NCBI GenBank assembly: GCA_965219455.1
Contig: OZ244744.1
Location: 5,312,001 to 5,376,000 of the forward strand
Source of the DNA: Candidatus Latescibacterota bacterium
GTDB taxonomy: Bacteria > Latescibacterota > UBA2968 > GCA-2709665
Reading direction: 5' to 3'
Length of the DNA stretch: 64,000 nucleotides
Shown here: positions 38,296-49,657 of the stretch, piece after piece
Numbering within the stretch: the stretch's first letter is position 1
Layout of the letters: each line of letters begins with the position of its first letter
Translations under genes and position numbers: made by a program
Notes under the pieces: generated by a model
The model's database searches: none
What the model was told of the DNA's origin: nothing
The model's input: only the letters and a program-made list of their open reading frames with translations

Positions 38296-40131
38296 TTACG
38301 TGTCTGTACGCGTGGGTGAATTCCTCATCCGGGTTGTTGCCGGTCCGTCCACTTCAAGCGCTTCAGGTTCGATAACAACGCCGTATTCCGTTTCAGCAGC
38401 CTCCCTGCAGTAGTACCCCCGTCTCACGTCTTCCAGGACCGCTTCCGCCGATCGCATGCCGGGAGCGCCGTATCCACCACCGCCGGGGGTTTCAAGGCGG
38501 AGGCAATCACCTTCAACCATATGGATGCCTTCGTCCTTTGTGATGTGCGGAGGGCGGTATGCTTTGCCGCGGAGCGTGAAGGTGTGCACGGCCGGTTTAC
38601 CCGGTTTGCCGCCCAGCACCCCGAAGGGTCGGAATCGTCCCCGGTCTCCCAGCAGGGAAGCACTGGCGTCGCCCCGCCGGAGCCTGAATTCGAGTATCAC
38701 GCCAAATCCGCCCCGGCGGCAGCCGGGGCCACCGGAGTCTTCGCGAATGGCGTACGTTTTGAAAAGAACCGGATACCGGGATTCGAAGATCTCCAGAGCC
38801 TGTGTGCGGGCTACCGCAATGGTGGGATTGCCGTTGGTGAGCCCGTCCGTCAGGAAGTTGCCGCCGTAGCCCCCGCCAATAAAGGAGTAGAAGACGAAAT
38901 ATCCCCGTTCCGGATCGTTTCCGCCTACGGAGAGATTCGTGACGGTTCCCATGGGTCCGGCGTAACAGCGGTCCGGAAGGGCCTGGCTCATTGCGCCCAG
39001 TACCACGTCGATTATGCGCTGGCACACTTCCGCCGCGCAGCCGGAGACGGGACGCGGCGGCAGGGCGTGAAGAAAGGTGGTGGATGGAATATTGAAGGAA
39101 AAGGGTTTGAAACAACCCCTGTTGATGGGTACATCCGGGAAGAAATGTTTGAAGGCGATATAGACGCCGGCCATTGTCGTGCTCAAGACGCTGTTGAGCG
39201 GCCCTCGACATGCCGGGCTGCTGTCCGAGAGGTCGATGTGAACGCTGTCGACGTCAATTGTCATCTCGAGATGGATATGTAGCGGCTTCCAATCCACGCC
39301 GTCGCTGTCCATGTACTCGTCAAAGGTGTAACGTCCGTCGGGAATGGTTGAGATGTGCTTCCGCATCAGCCTCTCGGAACGAAGCTCCAACTCGTTGACA
39401 GTCTCGAACACGGTCGCTTCTCCGTAGCGATTCAATAAAGCCGCCAGCCGATCTGAACCGAGGTTCAGCGACGCGACCTGAGCGATGATATCCCCCTGGC
39501 GTTCGTCGGGTACCCGTACGTTGTGCAAAATGATGTCGACCACTTCCTGATTGAGTTTGCCTTTGTCCATAAGCTTGAGCGGGGGCAGCCGCAGGCCTTC
39601 CTGATATACCTCCGTGGCTTTCGAAGAAAAGCCGCCCGGAACGCGTCCGCCAATGTCCGGCCAGTGTCCGCTATTGGCCAGGTAGAACGCGAGTTTTTTT
39701 CCGTAAAAGAAAGGTTTGATCAATTTGACATCCATCAAATGGGTGCCGCCAAGATAGGGGTCATTGACAATATAGAGGTCGCCCTCGGCGGGCGCTTTGA
39801 AATGGTCGATGGTTGCACGCACGGTGTGTTGCATCACGCAGATGAAATTCGGCAGGCCGCGCGGCCCCTGCACGATGACCGAGCCGTCGATCGCGGCATA
39901 AATACCGCTGGCCCGGTCGAAGCCGTCCGAAATCACCGGCGAAAAAGCCATGCGTTCCAGCGTGGCATCCATTTCATCCGCGATTTGTTCCAGGCTGCCG
40001 CGAATTACAGCCAGCGTGATCGGGTCCATGACAGAGGTGCTCCCGGTCGAAATTACCACGGACGGCGGCCGTTCGCCCGGCCAGCGGCTACGCTGGCGCG
40101 TGGCGTGTATGCTCCGCACGGGTTGATTCAA
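38296..40131 (-). CDS. Hydantoinase B/oxoprolinase family protein
   Basis: DPITLAVI, NDPYLGGTHLMD, HWPDIGG, ETPGGGGYG; true start may be MDPITL (~40029). Confidence 0.92.
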   Translation of the reverse strand: MNQPVRSIHATRQRSRWPGERPPSVVISTGSTSVMDPITLAVIRGSLEQIADEMDATLERMAFSPVISDGFDRASGIYAAIDGSVIVQGPRGLPNFICVMQHTVRATIDHFKAPAEGDLYIVNDPYLGGTHLMDVKLIKPFFYGKKLAFYLANSGHWPDIGGRVPGGFSSKATEVYQEGLRLPPLKLMDKGKLNQEVVDIILHNVRVPDERQGDIIAQVASLNLGSDRLAALLNRYGEATVFETVNELELRSERLMRKHISTIPDGRYTFDEYMDSDGVDWKPLHIHLEMTIDVDSVHIDLSDSSPACRGPLNSVLSTTMAGVYIAFKHFFPDVPINRGCFKPFSFNIPSTTFLHALPPRPVSGCAAEVCQRIIDVVLGAMSQALPDRCYAGPMGTVTNLSVGGNDPERGYFVFYSFIGGGYGGNFLTDGLTNGNPTIAVARTQALEIFESRYPVLFKTYAIREDSGGPGCRRGGFGVILEFRLRRGDASASLLGDRGRFRPFGVLGGKPGKPAVHTFTLRGKAYRPPHITKDEGIHMVEGDCLRLETPGGGGYGAPGMRSAEAVLEDVRRGYYCREAAETEYGVVIEPEALEVDGPATTRMRNSPTRTDT

Positions 40132-42184
40132 TGAGAAAGCTGCCGCCGCCCAACACGCGGGCGCGGATGGATGGATCCAGCCAGACGGTTGTGTCGGATT
40201 GTTCGATAACCGCCGGCCCGGTCACTTCAGAATCCCAGGGAATTCTGGAACGCTCGTATGTGGGGCACCGGACGAAACGGTCGTCCACCCAGACATCGCG
40301 GCTTCCCTTGTAGGCCTGATCCAGCGTTGTCGGCGGCGGGGTCAGCAATGAACCCAGAGAACGGTGTTTCCTTATGCCTATAATGGAGGTCCGCAGGTTG
40401 AGCAGTCGAACGGGAATGCCGTCCAGCAACGCCTCCAGGTGGCCAAACCCCCCGTGGGCACTCCCGTAACGCTGAAGGTACGCGGTTCTGAAGCGCGACG
40501 CGATGCGCTCGGGACTCACATCGTCATCCGGCAACGCGGTACGGATAACGTGGGTCTGGCCTTCGTAGGCGATGTCAGCTTCACGGAGCAGATGAATACG
40601 GCTCAGGGGCAGATTTACCTGTTTCAGAAATGCTTTTCCCTGCGCCTGGTCATCGTCGAAGATACGTCGGATTTCGGTCGGGTCCAGGTCGTCGATACGG
40701 CGGTTGACCATTGTCACGTAGTCGCGCTTCACGTCTGCGATGGCGCAGCCCCACGCGGACGCGATGCCCGGGTGATAAGGGACGAGACCCCGTGGGATAC
40801 CGAGTTCATCCATCAGAAAACCAACCAGAAGGGGTCCGCTTCCGCCAAAGGCGAAGAGGGCGAAGTCTCTGGGATTCCGGCCGCGATCGATAGAGATTCG
40901 CCGGAGGCTGCCTGCAATACGGTTGTTGGTTACGGCGACGACGGCCCGGGCGGCCTCCTCGGCTGAGAGGCCAAGTGGACCGGCGACGTGTTCTTCCAGC
41001 GCGAACCTGGCTTTCGGCATGTCAAAGGAAAAACCTTCCTTACCGGCGATGGGGTATTCGGGGTTGATCCGCCCCAACACAAGGTTCGCATCGGTCAACG
41101 TCGGAAGGTGGCCGCCTCTTCCATAACACGCCGGTCCCGGGTCCGCGCCGGCGCTTTCCGGGCCAACCTGAAGGATGCCGCCCTCGTCGATGCGTGCAAT
41201 GCTGCCTCCGCCCGCGCCCACGGTCTGGATGTCGATCATGGATAGCAGGATCGGAATGCCGAAATCCAGCTCGGTCCCGTGGGCCTGCACCGGGATCCCA
41301 TCCGTAACCAGCGAGACGTCCAGGCTGGTACCGCCCATATCGTAGGCGATGAGATTTCGGATGTCGCTCTCGGCGGCGATGGCCGTTGCGGCGATTACGC
41401 CCGCTGCCGGCCCTGAAAGCACGGTCTGAACGGCGTATCTTCCTGCCTCATCGGCAGGTACCATGCCTCCGTTGGATTGCATAACGAGCAGATTGGTCCG
41501 ATAACCCCTCCGCTTCAGGCTGCGTTCCAGGTTGGTTAGATAGCGGCTTACAACCGGTTGGACGTACGCGTTCACGACGGCTGTACTGGTGCGCTCGAAT
41601 TCCCGAATCAGCGGGAGGACGTCCGCAGATGCAACCACGTACAGTTCCGGATAGCGATTCTCGATAAGCGATTTCGCCCGGCGTTCGTGGATCGGGTTGG
41701 CGTACGAGTTCATAAACGAGATTACGATGGATTCGACGTCTTTGGCAGTAAGTTTCTCTGCGCAGGCAATGACTGCGTCCTCGTCGAGCGGGACAAGCAC
41801 TTCGCCCTCCGCGGAGATGCGTTCGGTAACCTCCAGGCGGCGGTCGCGTGGAATAAGAGGTTCATAGGTTCCGGTCAGCCCGTAGAGATGGGGCCGGTCC
41901 CGTCGCCGGAGTTCCAGGATATCTCTGAATCCCCCGGTGGCGATCAGACCGCATCTCCCGCCCTTACGTTCGAGGACGGCGTTCGTCGCTACGGTGGTCC
42001 CGTGTATGACGAGTTCGATTCCACTATTAGCGGCGCACAGGGCCTCTATACCTTCAATCAACCCCTGCGAAGGATCTCCGGGTGTCGTGGGGACCTTCCT
42101 GACGACCAGGGACGGCCCGGAATCATCCAGTATCAGGATGTCCGTGAAGGTGCCCCCGATGTCGACGCCAACAAGCCTGGACAT
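40088..42184 (-). CDS. Hydantoinase A/oxoprolinase family protein
   Basis: VDIGGTFTD, HGTTVATN, SGPAAG, DMGGTS, GAGGGSIA. Confidence 0.93.
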   Translation of the reverse strand: MSRLVGVDIGGTFTDILILDDSGPSLVVRKVPTTPGDPSQGLIEGIEALCAANSGIELVIHGTTVATNAVLERKGGRCGLIATGGFRDILELRRRDRPHLYGLTGTYEPLIPRDRRLEVTERISAEGEVLVPLDEDAVIACAEKLTAKDVESIVISFMNSYANPIHERRAKSLIENRYPELYVVASADVLPLIREFERTSTAVVNAYVQPVVSRYLTNLERSLKRRGYRTNLLVMQSNGGMVPADEAGRYAVQTVLSGPAAGVIAATAIAAESDIRNLIAYDMGGTSLDVSLVTDGIPVQAHGTELDFGIPILLSMIDIQTVGAGGGSIARIDEGGILQVGPESAGADPGPACYGRGGHLPTLTDANLVLGRINPEYPIAGKEGFSFDMPKARFALEEHVAGPLGLSAEEAARAVVAVTNNRIAGSLRRISIDRGRNPRDFALFAFGGSGPLLVGFLMDELGIPRGLVPYHPGIASAWGCAIADVKRDYVTMVNRRIDDLDPTEIRRIFDDDQAQGKAFLKQVNLPLSRIHLLREADIAYEGQTHVIRTALPDDDVSPERIASRFRTAYLQRYGSAHGGFGHLEALLDGIPVRLLNLRTSIIGIRKHRSLGSLLTPPPTTLDQAYKGSRDVWVDDRFVRCPTYERSRIPWDSEVTGPAVIEQSDTTVWLDPSIRARVLGGGSFLIESTRAEHTRHAPA

Positions 42185-42438
42185 GTTCTCCCCTTTGCGG
42201 GGGTGGTACGGTTTGTGTATTGGACGACAGGCAGAACTTAGACGATCCACAGGTGCGCGTCAACTCAAAAAACAGATGTTCGCGGGAATACCGGCTTCCG
42301 GCGATGCTCTGGAATCGCAAGCGTGCCGAAGGGCGCAGTTCCGCCTTTTCAATCTTGACCCGACCGGGTTCTTCTCTTAAATTTGAAAGGATCTGTCCAG
42401 GGGTCGACGCGATCTTTCGCACGTTGAGGGGAATCCGT

Positions 42439-43194
42439 ATGCCAAGAGGCCGTTGCCATTTTGCGTTGCTGTCAGCGCTGCACGAACGATTTTACGCGGA
42501 AAGTCCCGAGGCGGCCACGCTAGCGGATGAACATACGCCGGAGTTGCTGGCCGGGGTGTGCGCGCCCGATGGACTGCGGTTTGTGGGCAAGAGAGGCAAA
42601 TTCGCCACCCACTTTTATACGGACGATCGCCGGGAGACGTGGGGGCGGTCGGTTGCGGGACTGTTCGGCACGCATCCCGACCTGGCCGATCCACGGCACC
42701 TATCCAGTGCGGATGTGGCGGTGCTGCTCGGGTACATTTCCCATTTGACCACAGACGAAGCATTTCGAGATGAAGTGACCGTACACGTTTACGGGGTCAA
42801 AAACTGGCGACCGGTCGTTATGGGTCTTTGGTCAATGGTCGACGAGTGTTCGATCGACAATACCTCCTACCTGACCGAGGTTCACCGTTTCGGACGCGAG
42901 GACTGCGTTGGCTTTATCGATTGCAAGGTTGTGGGCCAATACCTGGACCTGGTCAAGCCCTGGGCACTCGAGGACGATCCCTGGGAATTGGAACGCATAT
43001 TTCTTCGATTGAGACGTTGCGATATGCCGGAAGACGAAGCGCGGCGGACCTGGGAAAAGAACGTAGAGATCGCGGCGCCATTCCTCGATGACAATCGGCG
43101 GATGCGGTTTTACAAGGCAGCCGTGGACGCGGGGATGGCGGAGGCCGTTCGATATCTGAACGGGAATTACACATTACAGGAAAGGGGTAACTGA
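42439..43194 (+). CDS. Zinc-dependent phospholipase C/S1-like hydrolase (hypothetical)
   Basis: N-terminal His, GxxAPD, THF and GYISHLTTD motifs. Confidence 0.6.
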   Translation: MPRGRCHFALLSALHERFYAESPEAATLADEHTPELLAGVCAPDGLRFVGKRGKFATHFYTDDRRETWGRSVAGLFGTHPDLADPRHLSSADVAVLLGYISHLTTDEAFRDEVTVHVYGVKNWRPVVMGLWSMVDECSIDNTSYLTEVHRFGREDCVGFIDCKVVGQYLDLVKPWALEDDPWELERIFLRLRRCDMPEDEARRTWEKNVEIAAPFLDDNRRMRFYKAAVDAGMAEAVRYLNGNYTLQERGN

Positions 43195-44201
43195 TGTCAA
43201 CGTACCGCGTCGGTGTGATCGGATGTGGAGGAATTGGCGTTGCGCATGCATCGGGCCTGGTCGGACTACGGAATGCGACCCTGACGGCCGCGTGCGACCT
43301 GGCGGAGTCGGAGCTTGCGAGTTTCAGAGAACACTGGCAGCCCGAATGGCCCGGGCTCAATCTCTATACGGATCACCGGGAAATGCTGGCGAGGGAGGGT
43401 CTCGATATTGTCACCGTGGCGACATCCGACCACCGGCACGCGGACCTGGTCGTGAATGCGGCCAATGCGGGCGTAAAGGGGATTTTCTGCGAAAAACCCC
43501 TGGCAACCAATCTGGCGGACGCCGACCGGATGGTGGATGCTGCCCAACGCAACGGCGTCATTCTTTCCGTCGATCACACGAGACGCTTCCAGCCGCTGTG
43601 GCGCCATATCAAGGAGCAGATTGTGGATGGCGGAGAGATCGGGGCGGTGCAGTACGTCGTGGGGACGCTGAATGGCCCGCGTGCCATGTTGTTCAGGAAC
43701 GGCACGCACCTCGTGGATTCGATCTGTTATTTTGCAAATTCGGATCCGGAATGGGTGTTCGCGGAATTGGAGGCCGGGTATGGGGATTATTCGGAGTACA
43801 GGGGCGATGGCGGTCACGACCCGGCAACCGAGCCGTCGACCAGCGGCTATATCCATTTCGCCAACGGCGTGCGCGGATTCTTCGTGGGAGGCTCGAAATT
43901 CTCCGCAGATCCGAAGTTCAGGTGTGAAATTGTGGGTACAACCGGATACATAGAAGTCAGCAGAGACGATGCGGTGCTCATTCGCGGCGGTGAAAGAGAG
44001 ATGATCCAGGCACCCGAGTGGCCAGTACGCGGCATTCCTGCCGGGGTACGGGAATTGGTGTCACTGATCGATGAAGGCGGCGTACCGGTCTCGCCGGCAA
44101 AAGATGCGCACCGGGTTGTCGAGATTATGGTCGGATTTCTGGAGTCTCAGCGGCTGGGAAACGCGCGGGTGGATTTACCGATTCCTCGCGATGGAAGGTG
44201 A
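43194..44201 (+). CDS. Gfo/Idh/MocA family oxidoreductase
   Basis: IGCGGIG, CEKPLA, NGTH. Confidence 0.92.
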   Translation: MSTYRVGVIGCGGIGVAHASGLVGLRNATLTAACDLAESELASFREHWQPEWPGLNLYTDHREMLAREGLDIVTVATSDHRHADLVVNAANAGVKGIFCEKPLATNLADADRMVDAAQRNGVILSVDHTRRFQPLWRHIKEQIVDGGEIGAVQYVVGTLNGPRAMLFRNGTHLVDSICYFANSDPEWVFAELEAGYGDYSEYRGDGGHDPATEPSTSGYIHFANGVRGFFVGGSKFSADPKFRCEIVGTTGYIEVSRDDAVLIRGGEREMIQAPEWPVRGIPAGVRELVSLIDEGGVPVSPAKDAHRVVEIMVGFLESQRLGNARVDLPIPRDGR

Positions 44202-44466
44202 ACGTAACCAACAGAACGTGCAGTAAACCGTGGATAGCGCTTGCCCGGTTTCACAAAAGGACCTATTTTATGCAGTCTTGATCGAAATCGAACTCACAGA
44301 ACCCGATACGTTTGTCAGCGAGGACAATCAAGTGTCCTGTCTCAGGAATAGAGTAAGCCGTCTCTCTGAGATGGTCCGGTTCATCCGGACAGAATCGAAG
44401 CGCCGCTGAGTTCGATTTCGGGTTGTCGTCCGGAACAAAGCATCTTTTCGAGAGGAGCACCCGGTT

Positions 44467-44856
44467 ATGTTGAACTTTGAGCACACGGCATTTCTCGTTG
44501 ATGATACGAGGGCCGTCGCCGATTGGTGGTGTAAACATCTGGGTATGGAAGTGGTCCGGTACGGCGGGCCGCCTTCGCACATGACCTTTCTGAGGGATGC
44601 CTCGGGAAAAACCATGTTTGAGATTTATGAGAAAGATACGCTGAATACACCCGACTACGCATCGATGCATGTCTCAATTCTCCACTTCGCATTTTACACC
44701 GACGACATCGAAGGGGAACGGGATCGGCTGCTTGCCTCGGGCGCCACACTCGTGGACGACGTGAATGTGACGGACGCGGGGGACCATCTGGCCATGCTGC
44801 GGGACCCATGGGGGGTGGCCATTCAGGTCCTTAAGCGTATGGATCCGATGGACTGA
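44467..44856 (+). CDS. VOC/glyoxalase family protein
   Basis: EHTAF, LHFAF, RDPWG. Confidence 0.88.
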   Translation: MLNFEHTAFLVDDTRAVADWWCKHLGMEVVRYGGPPSHMTFLRDASGKTMFEIYEKDTLNTPDYASMHVSILHFAFYTDDIEGERDRLLASGATLVDDVNVTDAGDHLAMLRDPWGVAIQVLKRMDPMD

Positions 44857-44910
44857 AGTTCAACCGGTTGTGAGTGACGGGTGTCGTCGCGCTCGCAATG
44901 GTTCGGAGGG

Positions 44911-45969
44911 ATGATGCCAGTCATCGAGGTTGGAACGTTGGAGCAGGTTTGTGCGGGGGTAATGCAAGGGGCAGGATTATCCGAAACAGAGGCCCGAAGG
45001 ATCGCCCATTCGCTTGTTCTGGCGAATTTGATGGGCCACGATTCACACGGTGTGATCAGGCTTCCGCAGTACGTGCAGGCCCTGGAGGACGGTATTGTAA
45101 AGGCCGGGCGGATCATTCGCGTCACTCAAGAGGCGGATGCATCGGCGGTGGTCGACGGGCAGTGGGGCTTCGGGCAGACGGTTTGCGCTCAGGCCATGGA
45201 ACTGGCGATGCGAAAGGCACGCGAGAGATCCGTCGCGGCAGTGGAGTTGTTCAATAGCAGCCATATCGGACGTCTCGGCGAATACGTGGAACAGGCCGCC
45301 GTGAGCGGCATGATCGGTGTCGTCATGTGCAACAACCACGGCGGCGGCCGGCTGCTTTCCCCGTTCGGCGGGATCGACGCCCGGATGTCTCCCAATCCTG
45401 TAGCCATTGGCGTGCCGACGGGCGGTGCGTTTCCGATTGTCGTGGATATGACAACCAGCGTGGTTGCGGAAGGCAAGATCCGTGTGAAACGTAACCGCGG
45501 CGAACCCCTGCCGCAGGGTTGGGCGATTGACTCGGAAGGCAGACCGGCGGAACAGCCCGAAGATTTCTACGGTCCGCCGCGAGGGGCAATTCTGCCATTC
45601 GGTGGGAATTCAGCGCATAAGGGATACGCGCTGGCGGTCGTCATCGACATTCTCTCCGGCGCTCTGGGCGGCGGCGGATGCAGCCGCGACGGCGCGCCTT
45701 CCGGCGGAAACGGGGTTTTTTTGATGGCGATCCGGATAGAGTCGTTTACATCGCCGGACCGGTTCCGCGACGAAGTGGATGGCTTTGTCGAATATCTGAA
45801 GAGTTCAAGGCTGTTGCCCGGGTTCGACCGGATCCTGCTGCCCGGTGAAATCGAACACCGCCTGCGCCGAAAAGGCGAAACCGAGGGCGTATTTGTGGAT
45901 GACGAAACCTGGCGGCAGATCGGCGAGACGGGTGACAGAGTAGGCGCGGTGGTTTCGATACCCTCCTGA
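44911..45969 (+). CDS. Ldh_2 family (malate/lactate/ureidoglycolate) dehydrogenase
   Basis: GHDSHG, SHIGRLG, NPVA, DMTTS, HKGYAL. Confidence 0.92.
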   Translation: MMPVIEVGTLEQVCAGVMQGAGLSETEARRIAHSLVLANLMGHDSHGVIRLPQYVQALEDGIVKAGRIIRVTQEADASAVVDGQWGFGQTVCAQAMELAMRKARERSVAAVELFNSSHIGRLGEYVEQAAVSGMIGVVMCNNHGGGRLLSPFGGIDARMSPNPVAIGVPTGGAFPIVVDMTTSVVAEGKIRVKRNRGEPLPQGWAIDSEGRPAEQPEDFYGPPRGAILPFGGNSAHKGYALAVVIDILSGALGGGGCSRDGAPSGGNGVFLMAIRIESFTSPDRFRDEVDGFVEYLKSSRLLPGFDRILLPGEIEHRLRRKGETEGVFVDDETWRQIGETGDRVGAVVSIPS

Positions 45970-46177
45970 CCGAAGGTAGAAGCCACGGCGCCCCCATCAT
46001 ACGAAATCGAAACGTGTTGCCTCGACGATCGGGGCGTACCGCGAGTCTTCCGGTGAACGAGTGGCTGCCGGATGGGAGACCACTTTCCGACAACGACGAA
46101 TGCCTGGGGCGCAATGGCAGCGTCCGTCGGAAAACGATCAGCCAGTGATTCGAATCTGCAAACGGGAGGTCACACCG

Positions 46178-46975
46178 ATGGCGACCATAAAGATCACGCT
46201 GCTGGGACACGCGTCTTTCCGCCTGGAACCCGATACGGGCGAGGTGGTCTATTTTGACCCGTGGTTGAACAACAACCCCACCACCCAATTGCGTGTGTCA
46301 GACATAGAGCACGCCGACGTGGTGATTGCGACGCATGGGCACGACGATCATATCGGTGATTCGTTTGCGATCTGCAAACGGACGGGAGCCACATTCGCTG
46401 GCAACTACGAACTCTGCCTGACCGCCGGGAAGAACGGTCTTGTGCTGGGCGAACAGGCACGACCGATGAATCCCGGCGGCACCATCGAGGTGAACGGCGT
46501 GCGCGTTACCGCGACCCAGGCATTCCATTCGCTGTCCATGTCGCCAAACCAGGCGTTGGGCGATGCGCCGGAGGATGAGTACTTTCGGCCTGACGGCGGT
46601 GTGTGCGGGATCGTGATGCAGTTTTCGAATGGGATTTCGGTTTACGATACGGCGGATACGGCACTGTTCAGCGACATGCAACTAATCAGCCAGATGTACG
46701 GCCCACAGGTGGCCATTCTTCCGGTAGGAGGCCTGTACACGATGGGTATCCGGGAGGCCGCCCGGGCTGCGAGTCTTATTCGTCCGGACATTGTAATACC
46801 GTGTCACTACGGCGAGGCGGTGGGTCAGCCTGCCGATATCGATGCTTTCTCGGAAATGGTCGGTTTCTTATCGCCCAATACGAAGGTCGTGAAGCTCGAA
46901 CCCGGGCAGGCAGTGACGTATGCGTCCGCCAGTTATCAAGTTACATCGTGTTCTGCCCCGGGAAGTCAGCCGTAG
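46178..46975 (+). CDS. Metallo-beta-lactamase-fold hydrolase (UPF0173-like)
   Basis: LGHASF, FDPW, THGHDDHIGD, IPCHY. Confidence 0.9.
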   Translation: MATIKITLLGHASFRLEPDTGEVVYFDPWLNNNPTTQLRVSDIEHADVVIATHGHDDHIGDSFAICKRTGATFAGNYELCLTAGKNGLVLGEQARPMNPGGTIEVNGVRVTATQAFHSLSMSPNQALGDAPEDEYFRPDGGVCGIVMQFSNGISVYDTADTALFSDMQLISQMYGPQVAILPVGGLYTMGIREAARAASLIRPDIVIPCHYGEAVGQPADIDAFSEMVGFLSPNTKVVKLEPGQAVTYASASYQVTSCSAPGSQP

Positions 46976-47123
46976 AATCGCGAAACGGCGAGCGAAGGAT
47001 CGGGACATCAACGGACGTGTAATCATGTTTCACCCGTCACAAGGACCGCATCCGGAAGTCCGGCTACCACAGATGTGAGGTTATCGGAAGCTACGTTAAA
47101 GCCAGAGAAACAGGGAGGTTCGT

Positions 47124-47939
47124 TTGGCGCAGGATCTTACCAACGCCATTGTGTCTCGGAAAATTGCAGTTACTCCCGAGTTGATCATTCTGCAGGTGAA
47201 GGCGGACGGCTGGGATCTGCCGGTGTTCGAGCCGGGGCAATTTGCCGTTCTGGGTCTTCCCGGCGTGGCCCCCAGAAGCGAATGTTCCGATCCTGAAGAA
47301 GACACGCCGGATCCGAAACGGCTGATACGTCGGGCGTATTCGATTGCGTCGTCATCCATGGCGCGGGAACATATGGAATTCTACATAAATGTCGTACGAT
47401 CGGGCGCGCTCACACCCAGGTTGTTCGCACTGGAACGGGGTGACCGTGTCTGGCTGGGGCCCAAGGTTTCCGGTGCGTTTACGCTGGAACAGGCGCCCCA
47501 GACCGCAGATGTTGTGCTCGTGGCTACGGGAACGGGACTCGCGCCGTATATGAGCATGTTGCGCACCCACTTGCCGCACGACAACGGACGGCGCTTTGCG
47601 ATTCTACACGGTGTCCGGCATTCCTGGGATCTGGGTTACCGGTCGGAACTGACCATTATGCAGCAACTCTGCATCAATCTGACCTATTTGTCGTTGATCA
47701 GCCGCCCCGCCAACGAGCCCATACCCTGGAGCGGCATGACAGGATATGTTCAGGATCTCTGGGCAGGTGGTTATCTGGAGAAAGCCTGGGGGAAACAACC
47801 GAAGCCGGATGATACAGAGATTTTCCTGTGCGGAAACCCGCAAATGTGCGAGGATATGCTGGCCCTTCTCGAAGCCGAAGGATTCAGAGAGCGTACTCGA
47901 AAAACAAATGGTCAGGTGCATATCGAGCGTTACTGGTAA
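47124..47939 (+). CDS. fpr: Ferredoxin--NADP(+) reductase (bacterial FPR type)
   Basis: RRAYSIAS, ATGTGLAP, LCGNPQM, terminal ERYW. Confidence 0.9.
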   Translation: MAQDLTNAIVSRKIAVTPELIILQVKADGWDLPVFEPGQFAVLGLPGVAPRSECSDPEEDTPDPKRLIRRAYSIASSSMAREHMEFYINVVRSGALTPRLFALERGDRVWLGPKVSGAFTLEQAPQTADVVLVATGTGLAPYMSMLRTHLPHDNGRRFAILHGVRHSWDLGYRSELTIMQQLCINLTYLSLISRPANEPIPWSGMTGYVQDLWAGGYLEKAWGKQPKPDDTEIFLCGNPQMCEDMLALLEAEGFRERTRKTNGQVHIERYW

Positions 47940-48028
47940 AGAACGGCAGTTCACAAACCAGGGGGTCGCCTGCATCACGGCTGCGGAGAAGAACGGCGAT
48001 TCACCCAGCGGTCCCCGTAGAGGGCGTG

Positions 48029-49657
48029 ATGGAAAGTGGGACTTCCCTGATTTACGATGGCATTATCGTCGGCGCCGGCCATAACAGTCTGGTTTTGCAG
48101 GCCTATCTCGGACGGGCCGGACTCAAGGTACTGTGCATCGAGCGGCGCAGCGTCGCAGGCGGTGCGCTGGTGACGATTGAAGACGCCAGGAATCCGGATT
48201 TTCTGCACAATACGCATTCGTTCTACCATCGCGCACTGAACAGGATGCCGTGGTATCACGATCTGGACCTCGAACGGCACGGCGCGGTATATCTGGAGCC
48301 GGTATTGAATGTCGCCCTCTTGTCAGAGGCCGGCGAAGCGCTCGAGTGGTGGACGGATTTCGAGAAGACGGTCGACTCCTTCGCGCGTTTCAGCAACACG
48401 GATGCGGCAACATTGGGGAGGTGGCGGGACGCGTTCCTGCCCATCGTTGAACGGATCCTTATTCCGGAAGCGCAGGCGCCGCCGCTGGAGCCAACCCGAC
48501 GCCGCGCCTTACTTGAAAGAAGCCCGGAGGGGCGATTGCTGCTGAAAATCAGCCGACTGTCGCCCCTCGAATTTGTCCGCAGGGAATTCAGACATCCGGT
48601 GATACAGGCCGGATTGCTTTTTTTTAACGGGTTGCGTGAGGTTGATCTCCGGTGCCCCGGGTTCGGTCACCATATCGCGGCCCTTCTGGCCAGTTCGGGC
48701 AAGGCGCAGATGTGCCGGGGAGGGTCGGTCGCACTTGCTCGGGCGCTCGTCGCCACGGTTGAGGAGAGCGGTGGTGAACTGCGCCTGCAAACGGAACCCA
48801 AACGGTTCATTCTGGAGGGAGACCGCGTTGTCGGGGTGGAGACGGCATCGGGTGAGCGTTTCATGTCCCGGCATTTTGTCGTATCGGGATTGAACCCGCA
48901 CCAGACGTTTCTGGATCTGCTGGATAAGGATGCGCTTCCACGGAATTGGCGGGACCGTGCGAGTGCGTTCAGGTACAATCTCGTCGCTCCGCTTTTTGCG
49001 TTGAATCTGAACCTGAGAGAACCGCCACGTTACACGGCCGCTGGAACACAACCGGGTCTTCAAGAAGCGTTTATGGTCATTCTGGGATTGGATCACGTGG
49101 ACCGGTACCTGGAGATGGTGACGTGCCATCAGGAGGGACGAAAACCGCCGAACATTATGTGGGGCAGTTGTCCCACCCTGTTCGATCCTTCTCAGGCGCC
49201 GCAGGGAAAGCATACCGCGTTCATGTGGGAGAAGACACCGTACCGGCTGAATGGAGATCCGACGCTTTGGGATTCGGAACGGGACCGCCTGGGTCAGGAG
49301 ATGCTGGACGTGTGGGCCCGATATGCGCCGAATCTGACGGAAAACCTGATTTCGTGGTTCACGCGAAGCCCGCTGGACGTGGAACGCACGTTTCCGAATA
49401 TGCGGGAGGGGGACCTTCTGGTCGGCGCGTTCACGAACGGTCAGATCGGTTACAACCGTCCGTTTCCGGGAGCCGGGCATTACAGGACGCACCTGCAAGG
49501 ACTGTATCTGTGCGGCTCCTGTTGCCACCCGGGCGGCAACATTACGGGACTACCGGGCTATAACTGCGCGCAGGTCATTCTGCGGGACCTCGGTATCGAC
49601 GCAAACTGGGCGCCTGAGCCGATTGAAACGCAATTGGAACGGCTATCAGCCCGTTGA
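48029..49657 (+). CDS. Phytoene-dehydrogenase-like FAD-dependent oxidoreductase
   Basis: IVGAGHNSL, LYLCGSCCHPGGNITGLPG; the last three residues and stop come from the MITE. Confidence 0.88.
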   Translation: MESGTSLIYDGIIVGAGHNSLVLQAYLGRAGLKVLCIERRSVAGGALVTIEDARNPDFLHNTHSFYHRALNRMPWYHDLDLERHGAVYLEPVLNVALLSEAGEALEWWTDFEKTVDSFARFSNTDAATLGRWRDAFLPIVERILIPEAQAPPLEPTRRRALLERSPEGRLLLKISRLSPLEFVRREFRHPVIQAGLLFFNGLREVDLRCPGFGHHIAALLASSGKAQMCRGGSVALARALVATVEESGGELRLQTEPKRFILEGDRVVGVETASGERFMSRHFVVSGLNPHQTFLDLLDKDALPRNWRDRASAFRYNLVAPLFALNLNLREPPRYTAAGTQPGLQEAFMVILGLDHVDRYLEMVTCHQEGRKPPNIMWGSCPTLFDPSQAPQGKHTAFMWEKTPYRLNGDPTLWDSERDRLGQEMLDVWARYAPNLTENLISWFTRSPLDVERTFPNMREGDLLVGAFTNGQIGYNRPFPGAGHYRTHLQGLYLCGSCCHPGGNITGLPGYNCAQVILRDLGIDANWAPEPIETQLERLSAR